From positions 20,276,001 through 20,340,000 of the forward strand of contig CM075989.1 of assembly GCA_038087875.1 (NCBI GenBank): a DNA stretch of 64,000 bases. The letters run 5' to 3'. The notes below the pieces were generated by a model. It did not search any database. It worked only from the letters and a program-made list of their open reading frames with translations, and was not told the DNA's origin. This DNA comes from Malacoraja senta. Its lineage: Eukaryota. This document shows, one piece after another, positions 38,725-52,870 of the stretch; the stretch's first letter is position 1, and the number at the start of each line of letters is the position of its first letter. The position numbers were made by a program, and so were the translations under genes.

Positions 38725-41296
38725 CATTTTCCTCAGTACTGTGTTCGATTTGCAAGCCAAAATCATTGAACTTAGAGACTTCATGTAAAAGACAATTTAG
38801 AACAGGTCCACCACCGATTTTCCAGCCTCCTTGGTTCCAGAGCTTTGCTAGATCACCCATTTTGCCAGACCAACAGAGGTCACGACCTCTGACAGAACTC
38901 GAATGGTACCAGAATGATCCACCTAGGCTGCTGGGTGGCAGAGATACCGGCCCCCATTATCAGCTTGGTTGGCAATGGGAACAAATCCGCTAGCTCCAGC
39001 CAGAGTTCCAGTTTCCTGACTCCTGGGGATGAATTCAACCTGCCGATCGGAAGTCCAGCTGCGGAAGTCCCAATGAGGTCAAGATTGGCCACCTCATCTG
39101 GCACAGGTGCCACTTCTGGGGGGGATTTAAAGTATGCTCTCATAATTTTGTCCAGATTAAAGGACGTGCCAGACCATCAGTTGCCTGAAAATCAGTGGTG
39201 GACCTGCATATTTTTTTTCTAGTTTAAAAAGTGAGTATGATGTAGTTTGAAAAATATATTTTTTCAAACGTTAACATCAGAGCCTGGATTGGTGAGATGA
39301 TTGAGGATGCCTTTGGGCATCATGAACTTGGTGCCAAGTGAGGAAGGACCACTCGCTGGATGTTTCTAAGCCCAAGATATTGGTATAAACTCAACCAATT
39401 ACACAGGAACAGTGTGCAATATTGTTCTGAATGAAACCATCAATTTTAAGGCAGTGCAGTTGTTTAATATCAACAAGTTTATTTTGTTAACGTACAACTT
39501 GGCTGTAATGACGACTGTTGGGGATACTCTCGTAAGGAGATTGATTGAAAGATACAGCATGGAAGCAGGCCCATTGAATCCACATCAACATTCGTTCACA
39601 CGTTCATACTAGCGTTATGTTATCCCACTTTCACATCCACTCCCTACACACCAGGGGCCGTTTAACCTACAAACTCGCACGGTGGGAGAAAATCAAATCA
39701 CCAGAAGGAAATCCACATGGTTACATGGAGAATGTGCAAACTCCACACAGACAGCACCCAAAGTCATGTTTGAACCCTGAATCCCTGGTGCTGTGAGACA
39801 TCAGCTCTACCAGCTGCACCACCGTGCTACATTTATTAAACTCAACAAAAAAAAAACCTGGTTGTAGTAGACTAGAAAGATGTCTCAATGATTGGAAGTA
39901 ATACAGTGGGACACAAATATGCTGGAGAAACTCCGGGTGCAGCAGCATCTATGGAGCGAAGGAGATAGGCAACGTTCGGGGCCGAAACCCTTCTTCAGAC
40001 ATACAGTGGGACTGGTAATAATACACATGACGGCTAATGAAGAATGCTTTAACAACAGATGGAAATGTTGATGATGTTGACCGAACAGGGAAGTGAACAG
40101 TGCAAAGGGGTGAAGCAAGGCGATTAGAGACAGCCAAATGACTGATGCAGCGATGCCAGAGACTTGTAGCACCCTCAATTAGCCAACATCAGATGTGGTG
40201 GAACATACTAATGAATCAATAAACCCCACGTCCCCCATCATAAGAGGAGGCGATGGAATAGGGCATCCCATATTGCTGTCACTACGACTACTTAAGAGGC
40301 TTACTTGAGGGAAGCAAGAGATGATACCAAAGGGTGCATCACAAACCGTGCAGGATAAGAACAGGACAGCTCAATCTCAGACTCCAGGAGAACTGCAGTC
40401 AGTTTAATCCCAAACAATGGTTCATCAACCCAAATATCTGAAGGATTTTGTGCTAACATAGAGACAGCTGGATAGTTACTTTGAGTGTTTTTTTGTCCTT
40501 TGTATTTCATGCTGTTAATGATAGATCTAATACGTGGTTTATATAATATTGGGTTTGTTTCCCTTTAAAAATTGCCGCATATGACCATGTGCTCTTTCAC
40601 TGTAGCTTGGTACATGTGACAATAAAGTACCATTGAAGTGTAACAATATTCAACCATGCAGAGCTAGTTTTCCTCTGGGAACTGCTATAGTCCCTCTACA
40701 TTTTTTAGTTTTAAAGCACTTTTTTTTTTTTTGAATTACCAGATATTCGCCATTATCTCAAATGGGACTAGCTGTGATGGGGCATCGTGGTTGGCATGAA
40801 TGAGTTGGGCCGAAGGGCCTGTTTCCATGCTGTATGACTGACTCAGTGAATGAAGAAAGCATGCTGAGAGGTGTTGTAACCCAGAGTGTGCATTACCACA
40901 CCTTTAGGGCCTGATGTGAATGGCTTCATTAAAGTCCATCATAACAACAAAAGACAACACAATGACTGTTATACTCACACCTTTAAATTGTTACAATACC
41001 GACAGACAAGATTTTTTTTTGTTTTAAGTAATTTATATCAGGGAGGATCTGATATCTACTCAAACTCTGGTATTTACAAATTATATTTTGCCTGCAATAT
41101 AAAACAGATTTATTCCAGATACTGTTAATTTCCTGATATTCTCAATTTTAACAGGCAAAGGTAATTTAAATAAGCAAATTGTGCTTTTTACTATAATAGA
41201 ATCATAGATTATTTTTATTACTTTTGATTTTGGAAAAATAGAGTTCAGAAAACCCATGTTTGAAGAGAATTGAAATCGATGTATATTTTTCCTCAG

Positions 41297-41394
41297 TGCC
41301 TATCAAAATAATGACATCACTGAATTTGAGAAGATTCTGAAAACCAATCACAGTAACATCATGGATGATCCCTTTATAAGAGAGCACATAGAAG
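41297..41394 (+). CDS. COPS2: COPS2 exon 10 ([32 protein letters not shown])
   Basis: 98 nt, AG/GT bounded. Confidence 0.98.
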
Positions 41395-42820
41395 GTATGG
41401 GTCGCCTATTACAACTTATTATCTCGCGTGTTAGTGTGCATGCATTTCAAAAACATATACTCAAAGTCTAAACTGTCTTCCTTCACATTATGTTTTTGGA
41501 CATATTTCTACAGTTGTAATTGCAAAGGCACCTTGTTGCATGAATGTAAAGAATGAAATGTACTGATGATATTTCTGAAGGCATTAAAATATTTCATTGT
41601 TCCACCGTTTGATATTGCCTATATTTTAAAAAATCCCGTTATTTTCTTGGCTAATAAAATATCATATGTTTGCATACATCTGAACAAAACCATGTTAACT
41701 AATCAGTTGTATAAGGCCCTAAAAGCTTTACAATAGCACAATTCATTATGCTTTCTTATCCTGCAGTACAGTACAGGTGATGTGTGTATATAAAATAATT
41801 ATTAGCAAATTTATTCCACTAGACTGGAGAGAGCTAACATGGATATTATAGAGTTTCCTGCAGTTTTTAAATGTTAAAAACTCCAGTTTGTGGGGTTCTG
41901 CAGGTGCACAATTGTTGCACCAATTTGCAAAGTTCAAATTCAAGGAAGTGTGTTCTCTGCAAAACTATAATACTGGATCAGTTCATGATTATTCTGGAAA
42001 ACTAGTTGGTAGCAGTTAAACCAGTTTCTATTTCATATCCAAATGATTAGTGTTTAAAATCATGTTGAAGAAGGGCCTTGACCCGAAACGTCACAGATCC
42101 ATGTCCTCCAGAGATGCTGCCTGATCCGCAGAGATACTCCAGCACTTTTTCTTCCTTTAAAAATGTTACTTCCATAATTCCAGTGTTTGAAATGAAATTA
42201 AATACCGAGATGAAGGATTTGTGTTTTGGATTTTAAATTATAGATTCACTATGAACAAACATTTAAAATCCAAAACACTCTAAAATGTAAGAACACAGAT
42301 GAAGATCATCAGTGTATATTCTATATTTTTATTTAAACAGGTCATCAAATATTACTACAACAGTAAATGTTGGGAACAGAACCAACAGCGGGTAAACAAG
42401 CTGAATGATTGAGTTCCCAAAGATGCTGCCTATCCTTCGTGTTGCTACAAAAAAAGTAGCCAACATTTCAGATTACCAGTGTTTGCGAATTGTTCCGTTA
42501 TTGATAAATGTCCCACAATTAATTAGTAGTATTTGTTTCCTATGAAGTAGTCATAAAATGATTAGATTTAATATTTTCACACAACTTCTCTAGTTTTATT
42601 CACTTTTAATACATTCTCCCATTATTTATTCAGTTGCCTTTACAATAAAATCTCCACTCAACAATGATGAAGAATATTATCTTGCATGTTTATTATGGAG
42701 GGGAAAAATATTGCCATTTTGTGTGTGTTTTGGTTAAACCTTATACTATATAACGTGCAGCTCAAATGCCAGTATCCTGCACTATATTTGGTGAGACTGT
42801 ATTACCCAGGTATTATTTAA

Positions 42821-43015
<195 letters not shown>

Positions 43016-44161
43016 TGAGTGGGGGGGGGAGAGAGGAGTCGAGTGGAGCCGAGATCACCGAGCACACTCACTTGCTGACTGATTGACTCAGTCATGAGGC
43101 TGGTTGGTGGCAGCTCTTCCCTTCACGGCTGTTTCTGTGATCTTCTTCGACGCACTGTTTTTCTTCATTTGTGACTTTGGAAAAGTTTGGGTTGTGAATG
43201 CTTTTAGTTTAGTTTAGGGATACAGCATGGAAACAGGCCATTTGGCCCACCGGGTCTGCAGTGTGTCAAACAATGTTAACATCAGAGAAGGGTACATAAT
43301 ATCCCTGGCTCTAAGTACCACAGACAAGAGTGTTTAATTGTTATGTGCAGCAGGAACAGAACAATGAAATTCTTATTTCGTTTAGAGTTCAGATACACGG
43401 CGTGGAAACAAACCCTTCGGCCCACCGAGTCTATGCTGACCATCGATCACCCGTACACTAATTCATTCCCATACACAAGGGACAATTTATAGAAGCCAAA
43501 TAACCGACAAACCCGCACATTTTTGGAATGTGGAAGAAAACTGGAGCACCCGGGGAAAACCCATAGGGTCACGGGGAGAACGTACAAACTCTGTACAGCT
43601 AGCACCTGTAGTTAGGATCGAACCCGGGTCTCTGGCACTGTAAGGCAGCAACTCGACCACTGCGCCAGTGTGTCGCCTCTTATAAGTTTAGAAAAGATAA
43701 TTTTAAGATTTAGATAAGTTTAAGAAATAAATTATTTTGCAACACAGAGACTGCCTCTAGACATATAATCTTTAACATTTTCATGCTTAATATTCAGTTA
43801 ACCAAATTTCAATACTGTCTATTCCCAAACTGTTGTTATAATCATCATTGATGTTTTGGTCATGTGTTCTGAATAAATTGGCCACAATGAATTATAAACC
43901 ACCCCCTTATTTTAAATGGGAATTTGAATTGCTAATTTTATGGCCCATTGTGATGGATGTTGGTAAAACAGCGAACTGAATCATTGAGTAATTGAGAACA
44001 TTCCCAAAATCAGCCTCCCCATTTAGAACTGATGGCTGTCCACAGTGACTGTGTGTCTGAATCACCTCATACCCTTGAGACATTGGATAGTTTGGGAGAT
44101 GGGATTGTAAATGGTTACATGAAATTCAACCAATAATTTGTCAATCGTGTTTTTGCCATAG

Positions 44162-44220
44162 GAGTTGAACATAGACGTAGGAGATGTAGAGAGCTTGTTG
44201 GTGCAGTGCATACTGGACAA
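44162..44220 (+). CDS. COPS2: COPS2 exon 12 (ELNIDVGDVESLLVQCILDN)
   Basis: 59 nt, AG/GTAAGT bounded. Confidence 0.98.
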
Positions 44221-45019
44221 GTAAGTACCCTTACAATCCAATGCAATGAACATTGAATTCACCAACCAAGCAATCCAACACCCCGATACGCCCCCCCCCC
44301 GCCCAAACATAGCCCCTACGTCACCCATTTCCTTTCCCCTCTTTCATACACTCATCTATCATCCCCAAGTCTATCCTATCTCCTTCCACCCACATTCCTC
44401 CATCTGGCATTACATTTTACATGTCTTCTCCTCTCCTTTTCACCTCTAACATTTGTCACTCACTCCACTCATCTGCCGATCAACACCCTTCCCTACCTGA
44501 ATCCACCTATCACTTTGCTCCATCCCCACTTTTCTTTTCCAACTTTCCCTCGACGTACTCCTATGAACTTTATAAGGGTCCTAGCCCAAAATACCTTCTT
44601 TCCATTTCTCCCAAATATGCTACCTGACCTGTTGGATCTCCAGCACTTTGTGTTTTGACCCTTCTTGAAGTAGATGTATTTCAATTGAATGTCTTGAGTT
44701 GGTGCAATATTGCCAGATTCATCAGTTGCAGCAAAGGAACAAAGATATATTTCATAAATTAGTTACATTTTATTATCACCTTCATTGCTTAAAAATAGAA
44801 CAGTACAACACAAGAACAGACCCTTCGGCCCACAATTTCTGTGCTGCACCTGCACATGATGCCAAGACCAACTCTTATCTGCCTCCCTATCCCTTCATTT
44901 CCTGCATATCCATATGCCTAGGCAAAACATCCACTGCCTATCCTTATTTATCACCTTCGTCACATCCTCAAAGAAAACTTGATCAAGTTAGTAAGACACA
45001 ACCCAACGTGTACAAAGCC

Positions 45020-45900
45020 ATGTTGATTGTCCCTAATTATCCCATTCTCTTCCAAATGGGAGTAAATGTTGTCCCGGAGAATCTTCTCCTATGGGTTGCC
45101 TACCACTGATTTGAGGGCCTCCGGCATATAATTCCCTGGATTCTCTCTACTTCCCTTTGGAAGTAGAAACAACTTTAGCTACTCCCTGGTCCCCAGGGAC
45201 CTCACCTGTAACTAGAGAAGCTGGTAAAATATACATCAAGGCTCTCACAATCTCCTCTCTTGCCATTTTCAATAACCTGGGATAAAGCTCATCAGGTTTT
45301 TGGGATTTATCCATCTTAACACTCTTCAAAAGCCCCAACTCTCTTAATTTCAAACTTTCGTTGCATATGAGTATTCTCCACACTGATCTCACTGTCCTCC
45401 TTGTTGAAAACAGATGCAAAGTTCTCATTTAGTACCTCACATACATTCCCAGACTCCAAACACAAATTCCCTTCTTGATCTTTGAGCACTCCTACCTCCT
45501 CCCCAGATACACTCGTTTTTTAAGTCTGAAAAAGGGTCTTGACCCAAAACGTCACCCATTCCCTCTCTCCAGAGATGCTGCCTGTCCCGCTGAGTTACTC
45601 CAGCATTTTGTGTCTACCCTCGGTTTAAACCAGCATCTGCAGTTCTTTTCTACACTCTTGTTTTTAATGTATGTATAAAAATCTAAAGCCTTATTATGGC
45701 CCCTTTTGGCCATTGAAATTGTCCGATAGATTTCATTCCTCCTTTCTTTATATTCCTCAAAGGCCCTGTCTGATTTCATCCTCTTAAATCTTTTGTGAGA
45801 TTTTTTTCATTTGAAAGAAATGAAGAAATTCCCCTTTTCCCTTTTTTCTTGTTGACCAACTTTACAACCTTTGATCATCTGTGGTTCCCTTCCATTACCA
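45020..45900 (-). mobile_element. Degenerate CR1-type LINE ORF2 internal fragment with a nested Penelope-derived unit (about 45522-45655)
   Basis: KMDKSQKPDELYPRLLKMAREEIVRAL...SLVTGEVPGD and YKEYRR-like CR1 ORF2 motifs in the ORF track. Confidence 0.8.
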
Positions 45901-46048
45901 TCCTTGTCCCTCCTCCATGCCGGTTCTGAACTTCGATTAACTATTGGCATGAGATTTACCTAATTTAAAATGAATTAAATGGCGCATAGTTACTTCAATA
46001 TATTAACGTTAATGGAACATTCTGCATTCTGTGTTGAACAATAAATGA

Positions 46049-46252
<204 letters not shown>

Positions 46253-46821
46253 TGCAAGTTAAGCTTCTACATTAATGCGATATGGAAAAGATGCAGTGAT
46301 GTAAACCTGTAAAAACTGAGAATGGCTGAACTGCTGCTGTTGGTTGGCCCTGAAAACCACCAGAGCATAGGCAGAAGTGCTTTTTGATCAACTGGTTTGT
46401 GTTTTGTTGCTGCATTTGTCCCAAGACCACAGCTTTAATGTGAAGAAAGCCAAACTGCTGCAGGATTTATGATGTCTCGACATTGTGCCCTCCATCGTAA
46501 GGGAATTGACGATCACAGAGCTGTTTGTGTCATAATTTCAAAACGGACTCTTCACTTTGACATCTAAGTATTTTATCAGTTTAAACAAAAAAAAAACTCA
46601 CTGAAATGTTAAAACAAAACTTGCAATAATTTGATATGCGTACTAGTTTTTGAAGATGCATTCTTTCATGTACGATTTGGCATGTTTGCGTCTTTCTGCA
46701 AAATGTCATGTCAACTTTTAAGTTATGTGGCCCATGAGTTTTCTGTACCTGCAGTGTAGTAAAAAAAATAGACAGGAACCTCCTTCTGTGGCATACTGTC
46801 ACATCAGGTTTAAAGCAGCAA

Positions 46822-46827
46822 AATAAA
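46822..46827 (+). terminator. Candidate COPS2 polyadenylation signal AATAAA (a second candidate lies at 47291-47296)
   Basis: Canonical hexamer about 570 nt after the stop codon, followed by a T-rich stretch. Usage is unverified. Confidence 0.5.
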
Positions 46828-49800
46828 ATACAGCTCAGAAATGGGAAATGCTGTAATTTTGGAGTGCTTCCATTTGTTTTTTTTTCTCTCAACAATTCAT
46901 ATGAAAACCATGTGCATATTCCATCTCTTTGGCCCCGGTAGATCTGCATATATTGTGAACTCGAGCATTCATTCAGACAAGACAGGTTTGTCAACAGAAC
47001 AATAACTTAAGTTTACAATTTTGGTCTCGTTTCGAAGTAGTCTGTTAACTAACTCGAGTACATATAATTGAAAGCACATCATTTAGTAGTTTACCTTCTG
47101 ACATATACAAGACTTGGTGGTTTTGTGTGCCATAGTTCGTTCAACCTGTGCAAAGCTTTAATTGGCTGAGGCTGTTTGACTGCAATTATTCTTGAGGGTG
47201 CTGCCTGTGTGATTAGTCAAAATACAGCACTTTAATTTTGGATATTAAGAATGGCTTTGTTTTTAATGTCTTATACCGTTAAATCAGAAAAATAAACAAA
47301 TTATCTCAATTGTTCAGTACTCAACATGTTGTTACCCCAGATGTGGTGAACACATTTTCAGTTCTTCCATGTTTTCTAGTTAACATTGTTGCCTGAGTTA
47401 TTAGGTTAAATATCTCAACATGGCCATTTATTTCTTGGTTGTTTGTCTCAGCTGAAGAATTATCTTTTTTTTTTTTTTTCTCATTTGAGACTTCCATTTT
47501 TAATTTCTTTCCTAAACATTTCATTATTTCCATTGCATGCTTTGACCCATTTAAAACCAGGAGTCCTTTTCTACAGCAAAGTTTTACCTTTTACGTTGAA
47601 CTGTGCTAAGCATGATGTATGCTACTGTTAATTTTGGTTATGCAATTGGCATTCCTGTTTTAATTAATTTAACAGAAGATAAATGTACATGATTACAAAT
47701 TCAGATAGTTTATATATGATGTGGTAAATTTGCAAATGGATTTATTATACGTGATGTATTTCATAACGTGCTTGGGAGAACTTTCTATAAAGACAGCAGA
47801 CTACTGACCTAGAATGATCTGTGCATTCCAGATCTTGGGCTCAACATTTATATTTTGTATTTAAAAGGTTTAATTTATCATTTACAACCAAAAAGAAAAC
47901 GCCCAAGCTGAAAGCTTATTTTCTAGTATTTTCAGCAACATTAAAATTTATAATTTTATATTGAATGTTTAGCTTTGCATTAATAGTTTTCCAGCTAATT
48001 ATATAATGAGGATGTCGTGGGCTGAACATGAGAAACTCAACTTAATTTCCAATGATTTGCTTTTCATTAAAGAGAATGCCTTTCATTAAATCAAAACCGT
48101 GCAAATGGTTTTGGGATCATTTGCCGGCTTGCAGCCTTTGGTTCATCTAAGTGAGAATTTCCACAAAAAAATGAAATGGAACCTTGCAGAAGGAATGGGG
48201 AAAAACAACAGCTTCAGGTAACTTTTAAAGTAGGAGAGATGGAGATTAAATCAACAGCCTCCAAATGTCCTTTCCCGAAGAAAGACTGAATGCATGATTC
48301 TGCCGTCAGACTCCGTCCCAGTCTCTTGGCATGAGCGCTATGAGAGTGAAGGAACGAGTTGGGGTTTTAATATAACCTCAGGATTATCAAGATTATCCTA
48401 AACTGCACATAGGCAGATTGGAAGATATGATTAATCCAAAACGGACATTAATCCAGTCACCCGATTAATACAAATTATAAATGTAACAATAATCTTATTT
48501 CTATATTATTAATTGCTTGAGGAAATGAATGGAAAAATAAATAGATTTCAGGTAGATCTATTTGGGAAGTATACAATTCATGATTTTGATAACAGCAAGT
48601 TACCCTTTTGCCTTTTCACTGGTATTTTTAAAATTACTATTGAAAATAGCATGGTTTTAATGCAGCAAATAGCTTCCCTGTCCAGCTATTTACTATTAAC
48701 ATTTTAAAGTATCATATAAGCAAGATGAATTAAGTGAAGGGTTGAGTTTATAATTATGTATATTTATTTATCTATGCCTCTCCCCCATTCCCACCCCATA
48801 TTTCCTTGTATTCCCTCTACCCTCTCCCTGTCCCCATCTAATATCCCTCCCTCCAGTTTCACAATTCACTCATTTGACAACCTTCAATCCCCTTTCCACC
48901 TCTTATTCCACACACCTGCCAACAATCACATGCTCACTTATCCATCTTTATCTATCACTTACCAGGTTTTGCTGCACCCCCACCTCTTTTCCATATACCC
49001 CCCACCCCAACTGCAGCAGTCTGAAGGGCACTTAAAATGTCACCTGTCCATTCCCTCCGCAGATAATGCCCTCCTTGCTGAGTTACTCAATACTTTGTGT
49101 TTTCACTAATGTTTTTTTTAATTCGTGATTCAATGTTGTGTCTGTCCCTCTGTAGTTATGTTTTTTAATTACTAAGATCATTCAGGTTTGTTAGTATGCA
49201 CTTGATAGCACTAAGAAGCTAATTAAAAGTGGCTACACAATTTCATACCTGAAGTATTCAAATGTCCATTGTAAATTGCTATTTTCCACTCATCTGACCA
49301 TGTACAATTAAGTGGTTTTCCATTGCAGTTATTTCAAACACTGTTTTTGATGTGTATCGTTCAACAGTGATTTTTATTTATTTATATGAAACCTATTTTC
49401 ACCTACGGTGATGTTGCAATGGCATTTTGCAATGAATAGACCAAGAGAGCAGAAGTCAGAAGATGGATCATGGATTCTGGAGGTGAGGATCCAGGAAATT
49501 GGATGGAAAAAAAAGAAAATTAGGTTGTCACAAGAAACTGAAGATGATGGAGTGTGAAGCAAAATCAAACTGAGGATCAGGCAGCATCTGTGGTGGGAAA
49601 TGAACTGAACTTCATCTGAACTGAAACGAGTGGAGGGGAGATGGCCAGTATAAAGAGGTGAGGGATGGGGTAAGAGTTGGCAAGTGATAGGCGAGGAGGG
49701 GTGAATTGGTGGATGGAGTCAGGAGAGGGGTGGAGATAAAGACTAGCTGGAACATGATTGGTGGAGCTGCAGATGATGGGGAAACAAAGATATGGAGTAT

Positions 49801-51064
49801 GGGACCAAATAAGAGGTCGGTTGGGCAGATAGAATCGGTGCAGGGAGGAGTGGGTAGGTGATGGACGGATAGGGTGGGTGGGAGGTTTGTGGGGCAGAAG
49901 TGTATGTGGGAGAATTTAGGTAAAAAAGGAACCAAGAGGAAGGTTACCTGAAAATGGAGAATTCATTGTTCATGTTTAGAATATAAAGTGCTGGAGTAAC
50001 TCAGAGGGTCAGGCAACATCTCTGGAGGATATTGATAGGCGGCCTTTTGGGTCAGGTCCCTTCTTCGCCTACCCATGTCCTCCAGAGATGCTGCCTGACC
50101 CGCTGAGTTACTCTGGCACTTTGTGTTCTATGCACAATTCCAGCATCTACAGTTCCGTGTGCCTATGCTAATGGATTGTAGAGCACCCATGCAGAATACA
50201 AGGTGATGTTCCTGTAGTTTGCATTTGGCCTCATTCTGAATGGAGGAGACAGAGAACAGACAGGTTGATGTGGAAATTGGGAGGGGACTTGAAATGGCAA
50301 GCAACCGAGAGCTCCAGTTTCCTTGATGGGCAAAGTGCAGGTGCTCGGCAGTGGTTGTATCATCTGCATTTGGTCTCACGGTTTGTGTATCCTGAAAGTG
50401 GTGCTACAGCGTGCTCTTCTGGTGAGCCAGTACATTGCAGGGAGGAAACAGAGTTACTCTGAGCTATCTGCTATTTACATTCTACTATTTTTTAAATTTG
50501 CATCTTCTATTAACGGTGTGTGAATATCAGTTTGCACCTCGGTTTTGATTAAACTTTAAAGATTAATTTAGCAAAAAAAAAAGACAATGGAGAACTAGAA
50601 GAGTTATCTCCGAGATCAGAACTAGCATCAGTACCATTGGTCAGGCATAAGAGGGCATGATTTGGTAAGGAGTTATCTAAGTCAAGCAGTACTGCCTCAA
50701 GAACCACAGTATGGTTCATGACAGAAAATGCCTAAATAGTAGAGAACATTATTAATCATATTATTCTGCTCAGGACTTCAATACCTGCTGCAACAAATTA
50801 GAGAACATTATTAATCAGATTATTCTGCTCAGGACTTCCATACCTGCTGCAACAAATTGTTCCAACAGCTAAGAATTTCATTGTTCCATTGCCAGTGCAT
50901 ATGGCTGTTAAACGATCTTAACTCTTATAGTTTAGTCATGGGTGAAAGGTGCGGCAAGATAAAGAAATTGGGTAAACTGACCTAAATTATGCTGGTCCTG
51001 TTGGAAAATAATCGGCAAATTGCAAAACTCCTCAATCATATCACCTGCATGTTTAGTGAAATAC

Positions 51065-51264
51065 NNNNNNNNNNNNNNNNNNNNNNNNNNNNNNNNNNNN
51101 NNNNNNNNNNNNNNNNNNNNNNNNNNNNNNNNNNNNNNNNNNNNNNNNNNNNNNNNNNNNNNNNNNNNNNNNNNNNNNNNNNNNNNNNNNNNNNNNNNNN
51201 NNNNNNNNNNNNNNNNNNNNNNNNNNNNNNNNNNNNNNNNNNNNNNNNNNNNNNNNNNNNNNNN
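51065..51264. other. Assembly gap (200 N)
   Basis: Run of N of round length, suggesting a placeholder gap of unknown true size. Confidence 1.
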
Positions 51265-52599
51265 ACTGACCTCCCCACCTTCAAAGGGATCTACAGGAAG
51301 CACTCCTACCATCAGGGACAAGATGCAGCAGCCTAAAAATCATGACCAGCAGGTTCAACAGCTGTGGCAATGAATTCCACTCTCTTGAATCTCTCATTCT
51401 TGCTAACTTGCTAACATTTTATAGATCATGACCCAGAAATTGCTCTGCCACTTTTTTGTGCTGGAAACAGGCCCTTCGGCCCAATTTGCCCATACAGGCC
51501 AAAATGTCCCATCTACACTGGTCCCAACCAACCTGCATTTTGCCCATATCCCTCTAAACCTGTCCTATCCATATACTTGTCCAAATGTCTCTTAAACATT
51601 GCGATAATACCTGCCTCACCTACCTCCTCCGGCAGCTCGTTCGTTACACCCACCACCCTTTGTGCGAAAGTTACCCCTCGCAGGGTTCGATTAAATCTTT
51701 CCCCCTTTGCCTTAAACCTATGTCCTCCGGTCCTTTCACATTGTTACTTTGTATGAAGATGATAAAACCTTCTGTACAGAATCACATTTTGCACAGAAGT
51801 TCCCAGGGCACCTCCAATACAAGCTGTGCACTATTTAAATCCTCCCAACATATACCTCGAAAAAGCACACACAGAGTGCTGGGAGTAACTCAAACGGTCT
51901 TGCAGCCTCCCTGGAGATCATCTAAAGGGTCACGACCCAAAACATCGCCCTGAGACTCTATTGCTTGGAATGCAGGAGGATGAGGGTGATCTTATGGAAG
52001 TGTATAAAATGATGAGAGGAATAGATCGTGTAGATGCACAGAGTCTCTTGCCCAGAGTAGGTGAATCGAGGACATATGTTTATGGTGAAGTGGAAAAGAT
52101 TTTATAGGTATCTGTGTGATCACTTTATCACACATAGGGTGGTGGGTGTACGGAACAAGCTGCCAGAGGAGGTAGCTGAGGCAGGGACAATCCCAACGTT
52201 TAAGAAACAATTAGACAGGTACATGGATAGAACAGGTTTGGAGGGATATGGACCAAACACAGGCAGATCGGACTAATGTAGCTGGGACATATGCAGATGT
52301 TGGGCCGAAGGGCCCATTTCCACAGTTTCCCCATCACCCTATCTGCAGTTTCTTGTGATGCCTAAATATAATTAACTAACCCACCATGCTTTGTTCTACC
52401 CATCCAATCTTCTAACCTTCTTTCCCCCCACCCCTGCAATCAGTCTGAAGAAGGGCTCTGACCTGAAACGTCAAGTACCTGTCTAAATGCCTCTTAAAAA
52501 GTTCATTGTTTATGAACTTCTGAAAAAGAACAAAACATTTTTTTTTTACCAACTTTGACCATTCAACCACTTTGACCATTGAGTCTCTGCATCCAATTC

Positions 52600-52870
52600 A
52601 AGCCACGAGCCAATGAGAGTCGGCCACCGACTCCCCGGCAACCAATCCGGAGCAGCCACGAGCAGCGACGGCGTCACTTCCGCTGTCTCTGCGGCGGCGG
52701 GTGGCCCGCGGGGCAGGCTGGGAGTTGTAGTCCGGCAGCCGCGGGTCAGCGCGGAGGAGGCGGGGCAGAGGGACTACAGTTCCCGGGGTGCGCCGCGCGC
52801 TGCGGGGCCGCAGCCCTCCATCACACCCGGGGCTCTCGCCCGCACAGGAACGTGTGGGGAAGCAACGGCC
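52600..52870. promoter_or_regulatory. CpG-rich promoter/enhancer-like element with tandem ERSEs, an ETS site and two ZNF143-like sites
   Basis: CCAAT-N9-CCACC (52610-52628), perfect CCAAT-N9-CCACG (52642-52660), cgtcacttccg, gggagttgtagtc, gactacagttccc and a GC box. Confidence 0.75.

Noticed and set aside
50932..51373. ORFs spanning the N run
   Set aside because: Artefacts of translating through the gap.
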